DNA from: an uncultured bacterium
Lineage (GTDB): Bacteria; Auribacterota; Erginobacteria; Erginobacterales; Erginobacteraceae
Direction of reading: 5' to 3'
DNA: 64,000 nt
NCBI GenBank assembly: GCA_963822585.1
Contig: CAWGIE010000031.1
Span: 224,001-288,000, forward strand
The translations under genes were made by a program, and so were the position numbers. The notes beneath the pieces were generated by a model. It worked only from the letters and a program-made list of their open reading frames with translations, searched no databases and was not told the DNA's origin. Shown here in pieces: positions 55,846-64,000 of this stretch. Each line of letters opens with the position of its first letter. Within the stretch, counting starts at the first letter, position 1.

Positions 55846-58431
55846 TCACCTGGCTACCGGGATATCCCCCCCTGAACCATAATACAGCCGGGTGATGCCT
55901 TTAATCGCCCACAAACCCGAACTCGCCCGGAAGATGGCGATACCGTCGGTCCCGGTACCGTCATAATCTCCCTGTACAGGATGATCGGGAGAGTGACCGT
56001 AGTAGGCCCGGGTCACCCTCCTGATTGCCCATAGCCCCGAGGCCGACCGGTAGATACCCGGATTCCATTTCCCGTCTCCATCGTAATCTCCCGGGACCGC
56101 CTGATCGTCGCTACCGCCAAAATACAAACGGGTTAATCCGCGGAGTGCCCACATCCCCGAAGCGGGGCGATATATGCCTACTAATGCGGTCCCTCCTTCA
56201 TCGTAATAACCAGGTACCGGCTCGTCATTCCCGCCTCCAAAATAAATTCGGGTGATTCCCTTCAGCGCCCAGAGCCCGGAAACAGATCGGTAAATCGCCT
56301 GATCGCTGCTGCCGTCACCATCGTAATCCCCGGAGACGGGTTCATCAATGGAGGCCCCGAAATAATTCCTGGTAAAACCCCGGATCGCCCACAATCCTGA
56401 ATGAGGCCGGAAAATCGCTATCTCGGACGTACCGTCACCATTATAGTCTCCGGGGGCCAGGCTGTCACCGGCTGAACCGAAGTAAGCACGGTAGCTTCCC
56501 CGGATCGCCCATAATCCCGAACTCTCGCGGAAGATCGCGATATCCGAGGTCCCGTCGCCGTTGAAATCGAGGATGGGGAGTAGGGAGTGGGGAGTAGAGA
56601 GTGGTGTTGGGGAAGAGGTGGCAGTCGGAGAGGGAGAAGGAGAAGGAGAAGGGGAAGGTGTGTTTATCGGCGACGGAGTCGATGTCGGGGTGATTGTCGG
56701 AGGAGGTGTCGAAGTGGGCGCCGGGGTCGAGCTGGGAGTCATAGTGGGCGGAGGGGTCTTATACCCTTCAGGAGTCGGGGTAATTGAAGGAGTCGGGGGA
56801 GGTGTCTTATAACCACCCGGTGTAGGTGTGGGTGTAAGCGATGGGGAAGGGGTCGGAGTTTGAGTGGGAGACGGGGTCGGCGGGGGTGTCGCGGTGGAGG
56901 TGGCCGTGGGGGAAGGAGTGAAGAAGGACAGGGCTACTAAAAAAGAATCATAGCTCCCGGCCAGACCGGGTTGATAAGAATTTCTGGTGGGAAAATCTCC
57001 CGACTGGGTGAGGCCAACAATATGGACCACGTTGTTTTCATTAACAGCAACTCCGCTTCCACAATCGTCAGAACTCCCCCCCAGGTAGCTGCCGTACCGA
57101 AGCAGAGAACCGCTGCTTGACAGCTTACCGATAAATGCATCTCCGTAACTTAAGCCCCCTCCACCATAAGCCCCCTGAAAAGCGTTCACGGTGGGGAAAT
57201 TGGATGATTTCGTATCACCACTGATGTAAACACTATCTTCCGCGTCCAGGGCGATGCAGCCTCTTCCGCCAATATATCCATTCTCATTCGCGCTTCCGCC
57301 TAAATAGGTGGAATAGATCAGATTTGATCCGGAAGACATAAATTTAGTCACGAAAGCGTCGTAACCTCCCGACAGGCTGGATTGATAGGGGTTCAAAGTG
57401 GGGAAGTCGGAGGAATCACTCCTTCCGGTCACATACGCACACCCGGATTCGTCCACTTCAATATCATGCCCCTCTTCCTCGCCGGATAGACCTCCCAGGT
57501 ACGTAGAGTAAACGAGGGAAGAACCAGCGGAAGAAAACTTGGTCACAAACGCGCTTTTCGTATCAGTCCCCTCTTCAAATCGCGCCTGGTAGGAATTTAT
57601 CGTAGGAAAATCCGGCGAAGTCGTCGCCCCGGCCAGATAAGCGTGGCTCCCTGAATCAACTGCCAGGCCATATGCAATATCGTAAATTGAGGCGCCCAGA
57701 TAGGTGGAATAAACCAGGTCCGAGCCGGAAGTAGTCAACTTGCAGAGAAACGCGTCGTTGCTGCCGCTGTGACTCGCCTGATAAGAATTTCTGGTAGGGA
57801 AATCGGAGGAGACGGTACTGCCGGTGACATAAGCGGAACATTCATCATCCACGGCGATATCATAAGCTATGTCATTATTCTTACTACCGCCTACGTAAGT
57901 GGAATAAACCAGGCCGGTTCCCGTTGATGTCAGTTTGCTGATAAAAACATCTAAAACCCCGGCCAGGCTGGCCTGATAAGGATTTTCCGTAGGGAAATTA
58001 TAGGAATCGGTGGCGCCACTGACATACACATATCCAAATGAATCGAGAACTATCCCCCCACTTTCTTCCCCTTTGCTTCCCCCCAGATAAGTGGAATAGA
58101 TAATTGAGGAACCGGTAGATGAAAATTTTGTCACAAAGACATCTCCCCACCCACCAGCATCGCCCCCGTAGATAGTCTGGTAAGCATCCCGGATGGGAAA
58201 ATCGTCTGACAGCGTAATTCCGGTAATATGAACACAGCCCTCGGAATCAACGGCTATCCCCCTGCCTTTATCTATATTGCTCCCTCCCAGGTATGTCCCG
58301 TACTCCATCTCCAGATTTGAAGCCCAGGCAATGGAAATATTCCACCAGCACCCCGCGGCCAATACCGCCAGCATCGGTATTACCCGACATATAGCCAGAG
58401 ATAGATTCGGTTTAAACCGGGGATTTTTCAT
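55846..58431 (-). CDS. Secreted surface protein: SBBP beta-propeller repeats + Pro/Thr linker + FG-GAP/VCBS-like C-terminal domain
   Basis: Signal peptide (AWA-S); ~7x YSTYLGG..D....IAVD..G..YV.G.T.S.DFPT...YQ; TPTP linker (~56580-56925); 6x GDY.GDG...IAI.R...GLWAI.G.TR.YFG. Confidence 0.88.
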   Translation of the reverse strand: MKNPRFKPNLSLAICRVIPMLAVLAAGCWWNISIAWASNLEMEYGTYLGGSNIDKGRGIAVDSEGCVHITGITLSDDFPIRDAYQTIYGGDAGGWGDVFVTKFSSTGSSIIYSTYLGGSKGEESGGIVLDSFGYVYVSGATDSYNFPTENPYQASLAGVLDVFISKLTSTGTGLVYSTYVGGSKNNDIAYDIAVDDECSAYVTGSTVSSDFPTRNSYQASHSGSNDAFLCKLTTSGSDLVYSTYLGASIYDIAYGLAVDSGSHAYLAGATTSPDFPTINSYQARFEEGTDTKSAFVTKFSSAGSSLVYSTYLGGLSGEEEGHDIEVDESGCAYVTGRSDSSDFPTLNPYQSSLSGGYDAFVTKFMSSGSNLIYSTYLGGSANENGYIGGRGCIALDAEDSVYISGDTKSSNFPTVNAFQGAYGGGGLSYGDAFIGKLSSSGSLLRYGSYLGGSSDDCGSGVAVNENNVVHIVGLTQSGDFPTRNSYQPGLAGSYDSFLVALSFFTPSPTATSTATPPPTPSPTQTPTPSPSLTPTPTPGGYKTPPPTPSITPTPEGYKTPPPTMTPSSTPAPTSTPPPTITPTSTPSPINTPSPSPSPSPSPTATSSPTPLSTPHSLLPILDFNGDGTSDIAIFRESSGLWAIRGSYRAYFGSAGDSLAPGDYNGDGTSEIAIFRPHSGLWAIRGFTRNYFGASIDEPVSGDYDGDGSSDQAIYRSVSGLWALKGITRIYFGGGNDEPVPGYYDEGGTALVGIYRPASGMWALRGLTRLYFGGSDDQAVPGDYDGDGKWNPGIYRSASGLWAIRRVTRAYYGHSPDHPVQGDYDGTGTDGIAIFRASSGLWAIKGITRLYYGSGGDIPVAR

Positions 58432-58466
58432 GATTTATAGCCCCTGAATAACTTATTGCCACACAA

Positions 58467-58563
58467 TCGGTAAACCCGTTCTCTCGTAGCGGCAGCTTTC
58501 AGGCTGCCACACGATGGCGACCTGAAGGTCGCCGCTACGAGCATGGGGTGACGGGTTTACCGA
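58467..58563. mobile_element. GTAG-type REP doublet enclosed by 13-bp perfect inverted repeats (REPIN/MITE-like)
   Basis: TCGGTAAACCCGT...ACGGGTTTACCGA around CTCGTAGCGGCAGCTTTCAGGCTGCC-spacer-GGCGACCTGAAGGTCGCCGCTACGAG. Confidence 0.75.
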
Positions 58564-58736
58564 ATGTTTACTTCCTGCTTCGGAATTTTCAGCCTGAGGT
58601 TGATGCGCCTCTGGCGCACAATACATTCGTGTAATTTCTCCCCCTCGAAGTTTAATCGGGGGCGTAATTCGTAGTTTTTTTTCTTTTGAATTAGCGAAGA
58701 TTCGCGGTTTAATTAGTTGCGGAGCTAAGCTCTAAT

Positions 58737-58781
58737 AAAAAATCGGGCTCACCCCTCGTTCAATCTGAGGGGTGAGCCCGA
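58737..58781 (-). terminator. Rho-independent terminator
   Basis: 15-bp perfect stem TCGGGCTCACCCCTC/GAGGGGTGAGCCCGA followed by T6 on the minus strand, ~20 nt after the stop at 58801. Confidence 0.85.
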
Positions 58782-58800
58782 CGTCTTTCGGGTTATGAGT

Positions 58801-60174
58801 TTAGTAGGACTGGCCTACCGCCGGGATATCTCCATCGTTCGCCGTCACTGAGAACGGTACTCCGCCATAGATAAACCAGGCGCCCTGACCGGGAGGTGAG
58901 GCCCAGGTCCGGAAGATACCGATCTCGGCAGTCAGCGGAGGAGCAATGAAGTTTCCGATTACCGGAAGATCCGTCTGGGAACCCCATCCCCACGTGTACT
59001 TGGCGATACCCTTGACAAACCAGATCGCGGTCGAGGTCGGACGAGGCCAGAAGATGCCAAAGTCCGTAGTCCCGTCGCCATCAGCATCAAGAGGCACCGG
59101 TATGGACCCACTTACTCCATAAGCGCTCCGGATTCCGCCGTTGACATACCACGTGTTGTTTGATTGCCTCCAGACTGCTATGTCAGCGGCCCCGTCACCA
59201 TTATAATCGCCGGGCACCGGAATATCACCTTTGGCGGTCTCGCCCCAGGCGATATTGGATCCGCCCTCCACCTGCCAGGTCCCGATTCCGTCGGCAACGT
59301 GCCAGACCGCGTAATCGGTGGTTCCGTCGCCATCATAATCACCGGGTACCGGCCAATCGCCCAGGGTACCCCAGGGGTGGTCGATAGCTATAGTGCCTGG
59401 GCCGATACCGTCCAGAATGTTCCACAATCCGCTTGCCCTGTTAAAAATAGCTATGTCGGCAACTCCGTCACCATTATAATCTCCACTGGCGGGAACATCA
59501 TTGACATCGCCGCCCCAGACCACTCCCTCGGTAATTCCATCGATATACCAGCCCCCGGTAGAGGGACGGTAAAGAGCGTAATCAGTGTATCCATCGCCAT
59601 CATAATCATCCGCGTCAATTACCAGATGAGCCGGTGTCGGCTGGGTGAGGTTCGGCGTGGGGGTGGGAGTAGGTATTGGCGGGGTTACGGCACCCGCGAT
59701 GACTACGTCGTCAATAACCATATTTACCGCATTCTTGCCATATTTGAAGCGCAGCATTGAGCTGCTGGGATTTACCGCCAAAGGTCCATACGTTACTGCG
59801 GTACTGGGGATGTTATAGATAATTGTCAGCTGCGACCAGGCCGCACCGACATACTCTTGAACGAAAAGATTACTGCTCGGGTTAGAGGCTAAACTCCTGA
59901 CCCAGAAAGATAGTGTCGTCGGCCCACTAAGCGGGGTCGTGAATATATCATCCTGGGAGCTGTCAAGCAGGATTGAAGGTGAAGCAACGCCAAAGTAACC
60001 GGCGACAGTATAGGCGTCACTATTTTGGTTGCAGTTCCGAAAGATCCAGCCGGCTGGCCGTACGCCGTTCTGGAAATTATCGAAACCTTCATTAATTCCG
60101 GCGGCGCCGGACCATTGCACGACGCCGAAAGTCATTGCCATTACTATTACCAAAATAGTTACCGCATACTTCAT
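58801..60174 (-). CDS. Secreted protein: N-terminal beta-sandwich-like domain + Pro/Thr linker + FG-GAP/VCBS repeats
   Basis: Signal peptide; INEGFDNF..G.RP.GW.F...IDDV.I; TPPIPTPTPTP; repeats DYDGDG.TD.A..R...G.W, PVPGDY.GDG. Confidence 0.85.
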   Translation of the reverse strand: MKYAVTILVIVMAMTFGVVQWSGAAGINEGFDNFQNGVRPAGWIFRNCNQNSDAYTVAGYFGVASPSILLDSSQDDIFTTPLSGPTTLSFWVRSLASNPSSNLFVQEYVGAAWSQLTIIYNIPSTAVTYGPLAVNPSSSMLRFKYGKNAVNMVIDDVVIAGAVTPPIPTPTPTPNLTQPTPAHLVIDADDYDGDGYTDYALYRPSTGGWYIDGITEGVVWGGDVNDVPASGDYNGDGVADIAIFNRASGLWNILDGIGPGTIAIDHPWGTLGDWPVPGDYDGDGTTDYAVWHVADGIGTWQVEGGSNIAWGETAKGDIPVPGDYNGDGAADIAVWRQSNNTWYVNGGIRSAYGVSGSIPVPLDADGDGTTDFGIFWPRPTSTAIWFVKGIAKYTWGWGSQTDLPVIGNFIAPPLTAEIGIFRTWASPPGQGAWFIYGGVPFSVTANDGDIPAVGQSY

Positions 60175-60236
60175 AACTTGCCTCCTTTCCGAGACAGGGG
60201 TTGAAAGAACAAAACTACATAATATACCTTGAAGCC

Positions 60237-60265
60237 ATTAAACTGAACTTGTCTTTGCATGTCAA
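60237..60265 (-). promoter_or_regulatory. Near-consensus sigma70 promoter for the 58801..60174 gene
   Basis: Minus strand TTGACA-17 nt-TTTAAT, preceded by an A/T tract (60268-60306); SD GAAAGGAGG at 60181-60189. Confidence 0.7.
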
Positions 60266-60438
60266 GAGAAAAATCAAAAAAAATTTAAAAAATTTAAAAA
60301 ATTTTTGGAGTAAAAAACCGGGAAAAGATATTCGGAATCCATCACAATTAACTTTCCCTGTTGCGAGATTATATTCGAGTGTTATAGTAACCGTTCGCTG
60401 AATCAAAGAGAATTTTTGCTGAGCCCTCAGGGGCGGAT

Positions 60439-61368
60439 ATGCAGTACCATTGCCCATACTTCGATAAACGGAACTGTTCCCGTTACTGCCTGAACTCGAT
60501 CCTCTATGAGAACCAGGAAAGATCAGTGGCATTGGGAAGGTGCCGGGAGTTTTATGACTCATATGTCCTCTTCTCCTCCCCTCCCTCGGAGGGATTAAAA
60601 AATTATTACGATAAAGATAGATTGAAGGAATACTGTGCTTACTATGAGCCTTTCCGGAAGAGAAGGTTTGTCGAGTTGTTACAACTGGGATCCATGAAGA
60701 ATTTTGCCGGCACCGCCGCCCTCGATATCGGCTGCGGCTTCGGATGGTTTCTGGAGACTTTGCAACAAAGGGGGTGGCCACGGCTGGTCGGTATAGACTA
60801 TTCTCTGGCCGGTCGGTTGGCGAAGGAGAAGGGGTTCGAGATCATCATCAAGAAGTTCAGCCCGTCACTCCAGCTGGGAGAGCGATTCGACCTCATCATT
60901 CTCTCCAATGTCCTAGAACATCTCTGGCACCCTCTGGATTGCTTGCGCTGGATCAAAAACCACCTCCACCCGGAAGGAGGGCGTCTGTTACTTACTGTCC
61001 CGATTGCGGATGGAATAATTATGCGGCTGTCTCACCTTTTCATTCGCACCTTTCCCCGTCGGGCAGACGCGACGGTCAGGGATATATATCAGACGGAAAG
61101 TACTATGGGGCACCTGGTTCTGTATAGCACGGCCGGGGTTATTAAACTCTGTCAGATGGCTGGTTTCGCAGTTATCGAGCGGGATATAAGCCCGATTGTT
61201 GATGCCCGGAATATCAAGAAAAGGATGCTGATCGAGATGGATCGACTGACGGCAAAGGATCACCTCCGGGCGTGGCTCTTGAAATGGCTGTTGCGATTCG
61301 CCGACCGGGGTGAGTGGGGAGATGAACTTACCCTCGTTTTAACTCCCGGAGGGGAAAAGAAAAGATGA
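60439..61368 (+). CDS. Class I SAM-dependent methyltransferase
   Basis: ALDIGCGFGWFL, FDLIILSNVLEHL..P, L.P.GG.L...VP. Confidence 0.85.
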   Translation: MQYHCPYFDKRNCSRYCLNSILYENQERSVALGRCREFYDSYVLFSSPPSEGLKNYYDKDRLKEYCAYYEPFRKRRFVELLQLGSMKNFAGTAALDIGCGFGWFLETLQQRGWPRLVGIDYSLAGRLAKEKGFEIIIKKFSPSLQLGERFDLIILSNVLEHLWHPLDCLRWIKNHLHPEGGRLLLTVPIADGIIMRLSHLFIRTFPRRADATVRDIYQTESTMGHLVLYSTAGVIKLCQMAGFAVIERDISPIVDARNIKKRMLIEMDRLTAKDHLRAWLLKWLLRFADRGEWGDELTLVLTPGGEKKR

Positions 61369-62117
61369 GGGGAAGACAGGATATCCGGGCGGAAAGGGAA
61401 TTTTTTGATTCCCGGATGGAAAATTTCGAACCTTTCGACTGGTCGGCGAAGGAGTTGCTTTATTCCTGGTTGCTCCGGGAAGGGCGTTTGAGACCGGAGA
61501 ATACTATCCTGGATCTGGCGGCGGGGAGCGGAAATTTTACCAAAATCCTCCTTCACCACGGCCACCGGGTTATCGGGTTCGACCTTGCTTTTAATTTGAT
61601 CAAGACCCTGCGGAACCGATTCGGACTCCGGCAGGTCTTCGTCGGGAGGGCGGAGCAGATGGCGTTAGCGGCCGGATCCTTTGACCTGGTTACGATGTGC
61701 GGGGTTCTCCATCATTTTCCGGATATGCTCCCTCTGCTCAGAGAGATCTCCCGCGTGTTAAAACCCGGGGGGGGTCTCTTTGCGATCGAGCCCAACCTCC
61801 ATAATCCATGGATGTTCCTCTTCCGTTCTTCCGCCAGCCCCTTTTATATCTCGGAAGGAGTAACCATGAACGAACGGCCCCTTTACCGGCGGGAAGTAAA
61901 GGCCGCCCTCTCTCAAATCTTTCCTTACTGTTCAGTAAAAGGGATCTGTGGGGTTACTCTTCTGAAGACGGGGACAGTTCTTGACCCTTTTATCACCGGA
62001 TTTAACTTCTATTCCCGCGTCATGGGGAAGCTCTTCGCTCAATCTCGTTATGGAGAGTTTTTGATCTGTACCGGCCGGAAGGAGGCAGTAAACCCTACTC
62101 CAGTTTCTCCGCTATGA
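61365..62117 (+). CDS. Class I SAM-dependent methyltransferase (Methyltransf_11-like)
   Basis: ILDLAAGSG, SFDLV...GVLHHFPD, E..RVLKPGG...IEPN; ATGA overlaps on both sides. Confidence 0.88.
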   Translation: MRGRQDIRAEREFFDSRMENFEPFDWSAKELLYSWLLREGRLRPENTILDLAAGSGNFTKILLHHGHRVIGFDLAFNLIKTLRNRFGLRQVFVGRAEQMALAAGSFDLVTMCGVLHHFPDMLPLLREISRVLKPGGGLFAIEPNLHNPWMFLFRSSASPFYISEGVTMNERPLYRREVKAALSQIFPYCSVKGICGVTLLKTGTVLDPFITGFNFYSRVMGKLFAQSRYGEFLICTGRKEAVNPTPVSPL

Positions 62118-63910
62118 GTAAAAAGATCTTCTTGCCCCTGTTCCTGGCCGGTGGAGTGTTCTTTCTTCTGTGGCCGTTGATTCCGCTCAAGCACCATCTC
62201 TTATCCTCCCTCCATCGCTTTTTGCCGATAGCCGGGAGTTGCTCCTTAATTTGGGGGATCGTTGCTTTTCGGCTCAGGGACCGACCCGTTCATCTTGTCA
62301 CCTTCCTCCGACAGTGGTTCTTAGTAACGACTGTCACGGGTTTTATTGTCCTGGTCATCCTGCTCGGCCTGCTTGGTTGGTTGAACTTCCGTTCTCCCTT
62401 TTTTGTAATCGACCATGTTGAGAAAACACTCTATCTCCAGGCGCTCGATATCCATGAAACCGGAACCTTGCCTTATCCACCCCCGGATCGGAGCCCGTTT
62501 ATCTTCGACGCCTACAACCCGTTATACCAGATGCTGATCGCCGCCCTGATGGCGGTATTTTCCCCGGGGGCAATCCTGGCCAAGGTTCTGTCTGGTGCCT
62601 GCAGCGGCCTTCTTTTCCTTCTACTGATCGTCCTCGCCCGGAAGTTAAAGTTAGACCGCTTCGGCTTTGTCTTAGCGGTCTTTACGTTCCTTTGCGCTTC
62701 ACCCATTTCCCTTCTGGTCTGGGCCCGTAACGACAGTATGCTGGCACTCCTGATCACCGGTTTTCTCTTCAGCCTCTACCGGGCCGTAAAACCTCCCCAA
62801 TATCTGCTCAGTCTTTTCTTCCTTTATCTGGCTTTCTTCACCAAACAGACCGGTCTCGTCTGGGCCGGATTTATCGTTCTTGTCCTTCTCCGCCGCCAAT
62901 GCGGATGGCGCAACTTCATTATCATTTGCTCGGGAGGACTCGCTCTCTTTCTCATTACCGGCTGTATTCTGGATTGGGCAACATCGGGATACTATCATTT
63001 CTGGACCGTGACACTGCCGGCCCGTCACCCGATGAAGCCTTTCTTGTCCGCGTTAACCGCGATCGCAACTATCATTCCATTCCGGCTTCTTCTCGTGCCG
63101 CTGACCTTACTCTTACTGATATTTCTAAAAAGTCCGGGATCACCTAGACACATATTTTCGCTGATCTCATCCCGGGGGGGAAGTTCCCTTCGTTTTTTCG
63201 GGGGAGCGGCGATTTACGGAGTGATCTTCGGACTTATTCCTCTCTCCAAGACCGGGGGGGGATATAACAGCTTTTTACCGGTACTGGTACCGCTCGCTCT
63301 CAGCACCGGTCTGCTGGGTCGGATACTCCTGGGGGGAGAGGGGAAAAAACCATCAGCCGGCTTTACCGGAATTGCATTTGCATTATTGAGTCTGGTCGTG
63401 ATCCTGACGACTGTTGACTCCGGTGAACGGGTTTTAGTAACTGCCCGGAGTATCCGGAAAATGGAGACGATGTACGATCGGGCACAACTGATAGCTGTCG
63501 CGGATGCTCTGGAGGCAAGTGGCGTGGAACGGGCATACTTTCCCCATTCCGTGGGGTCGCAGGCAACCGGAGAGAGCTCTCCCAGTCTTCAGGAGTACTT
63601 TTCTTCTCGTTTCGGTTGCTACCTTGATGAGGCGGCCTTGATGGATTATCTGGCTGCCGGTTTCCCATTCCCGGAAGAATTTCACCAGTCCCTGGCGGAG
63701 GGAGATATGGAAGCGATTATCGTTAAGGCCGGTTATCTCCCTTTCTCAAGATCAAATACTTATGGGCGGTGGAAGACCTCCCGCTGCGGTCCGGAACTCT
63801 TCCCTCCCTTGACCCGGGAGATATTCCACCGCTATTTTAAGCTCAACAAAGATCGGTTGCCTGGATTTGATGTCTATGAGTATCATCCTCCGCCGGAAGA
63901 ACCCCATTGA
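62114..63910 (+). CDS. Polytopic membrane protein, probable GT-C fold glycosyltransferase
   Basis: DHVE loop, LPY, YNPLY, ARND, AFFTKQT, K.GG..NS..P; multiple TMs. Confidence 0.7.
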   Translation: MSKKIFLPLFLAGGVFFLLWPLIPLKHHLLSSLHRFLPIAGSCSLIWGIVAFRLRDRPVHLVTFLRQWFLVTTVTGFIVLVILLGLLGWLNFRSPFFVIDHVEKTLYLQALDIHETGTLPYPPPDRSPFIFDAYNPLYQMLIAALMAVFSPGAILAKVLSGACSGLLFLLLIVLARKLKLDRFGFVLAVFTFLCASPISLLVWARNDSMLALLITGFLFSLYRAVKPPQYLLSLFFLYLAFFTKQTGLVWAGFIVLVLLRRQCGWRNFIIICSGGLALFLITGCILDWATSGYYHFWTVTLPARHPMKPFLSALTAIATIIPFRLLLVPLTLLLLIFLKSPGSPRHIFSLISSRGGSSLRFFGGAAIYGVIFGLIPLSKTGGGYNSFLPVLVPLALSTGLLGRILLGGEGKKPSAGFTGIAFALLSLVVILTTVDSGERVLVTARSIRKMETMYDRAQLIAVADALEASGVERAYFPHSVGSQATGESSPSLQEYFSSRFGCYLDEAALMDYLAAGFPFPEEFHQSLAEGDMEAIIVKAGYLPFSRSNTYGRWKTSRCGPELFPPLTREIFHRYFKLNKDRLPGFDVYEYHPPPEEPH

Positions 63911-63916
63911 CCGCCG

Positions 63917-63948
63917 CTGATTACCGTTCACTGCTTACTGATTACTGG
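63917..63948. repeat. Solo right arm of the heptamer repeat family
   Basis: CTGATTA-CCGTTCA-CTGCTTA-CTGATTA-CTGG just after the stop. Confidence 0.6.
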
Positions 63949-64000
63949 TCCTAATAACTCTGTCCCACCACCGGCTGATCCCCGCTCTCACCTTCGACCT

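Noticed and set aside
60215..60781. 188-aa minus-strand ORF over the AT-rich intergenic region
   Set aside because: It spans the promoter and the methyltransferase antisense strand; composition is not protein-like.

Overview
A bacterial cell-surface glycosylation supercluster from a diderm organism, with no rRNA, tRNA, CRISPR array or autonomous transposase. 1-29 kb (GC-rich) holds eight large GT-C-type or GT-C-like membrane proteins (DUF2298, PMT_2/GT39-like, TIGR03663-like+PA14). It also has two GT2 lipid-P-sugar synthases, a nucleotide-sugar block (HddA-like kinase, Fcl-like epimerase/reductase, four more SDRs, an FAD oxidoreductase) and a B12 radical SAM enzyme. 29-34 kb is an export module: lipoprotein, OM beta-barrel, short Wza, Wzc. 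34-55.7 kb is a convergent, more AT-rich Wzx/Wzy/WaaL-like gene block with many tailoring enzymes and one frameshifted oxidoreductase. 55.8-60.2 kb encodes two secreted Pro/Thr-linker FG-GAP/VCBS proteins, and 60.4-63.9 kb has two methyltransferases plus a ninth GT-C-like protein. Most striking observations: (1) an unrecognised ~130-aa domain (WEV...HAAxG..GGF...YxDxDxDxxPD...W) occurs four times, fused to three otherwise dissimilar GT-C-like proteins and once nearly stand-alone; (2) several families of periodic inverted-repeat and REP-like hairpin elements occupy many gene junctions in the GC-rich part, often supplying stop codons. Family assignments come from motif recognition by eye; no database search was run. 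The FG-GAP tail style reminds me of Auribacterota/PVC-affiliated MAGs, but that is an unverified recollection.
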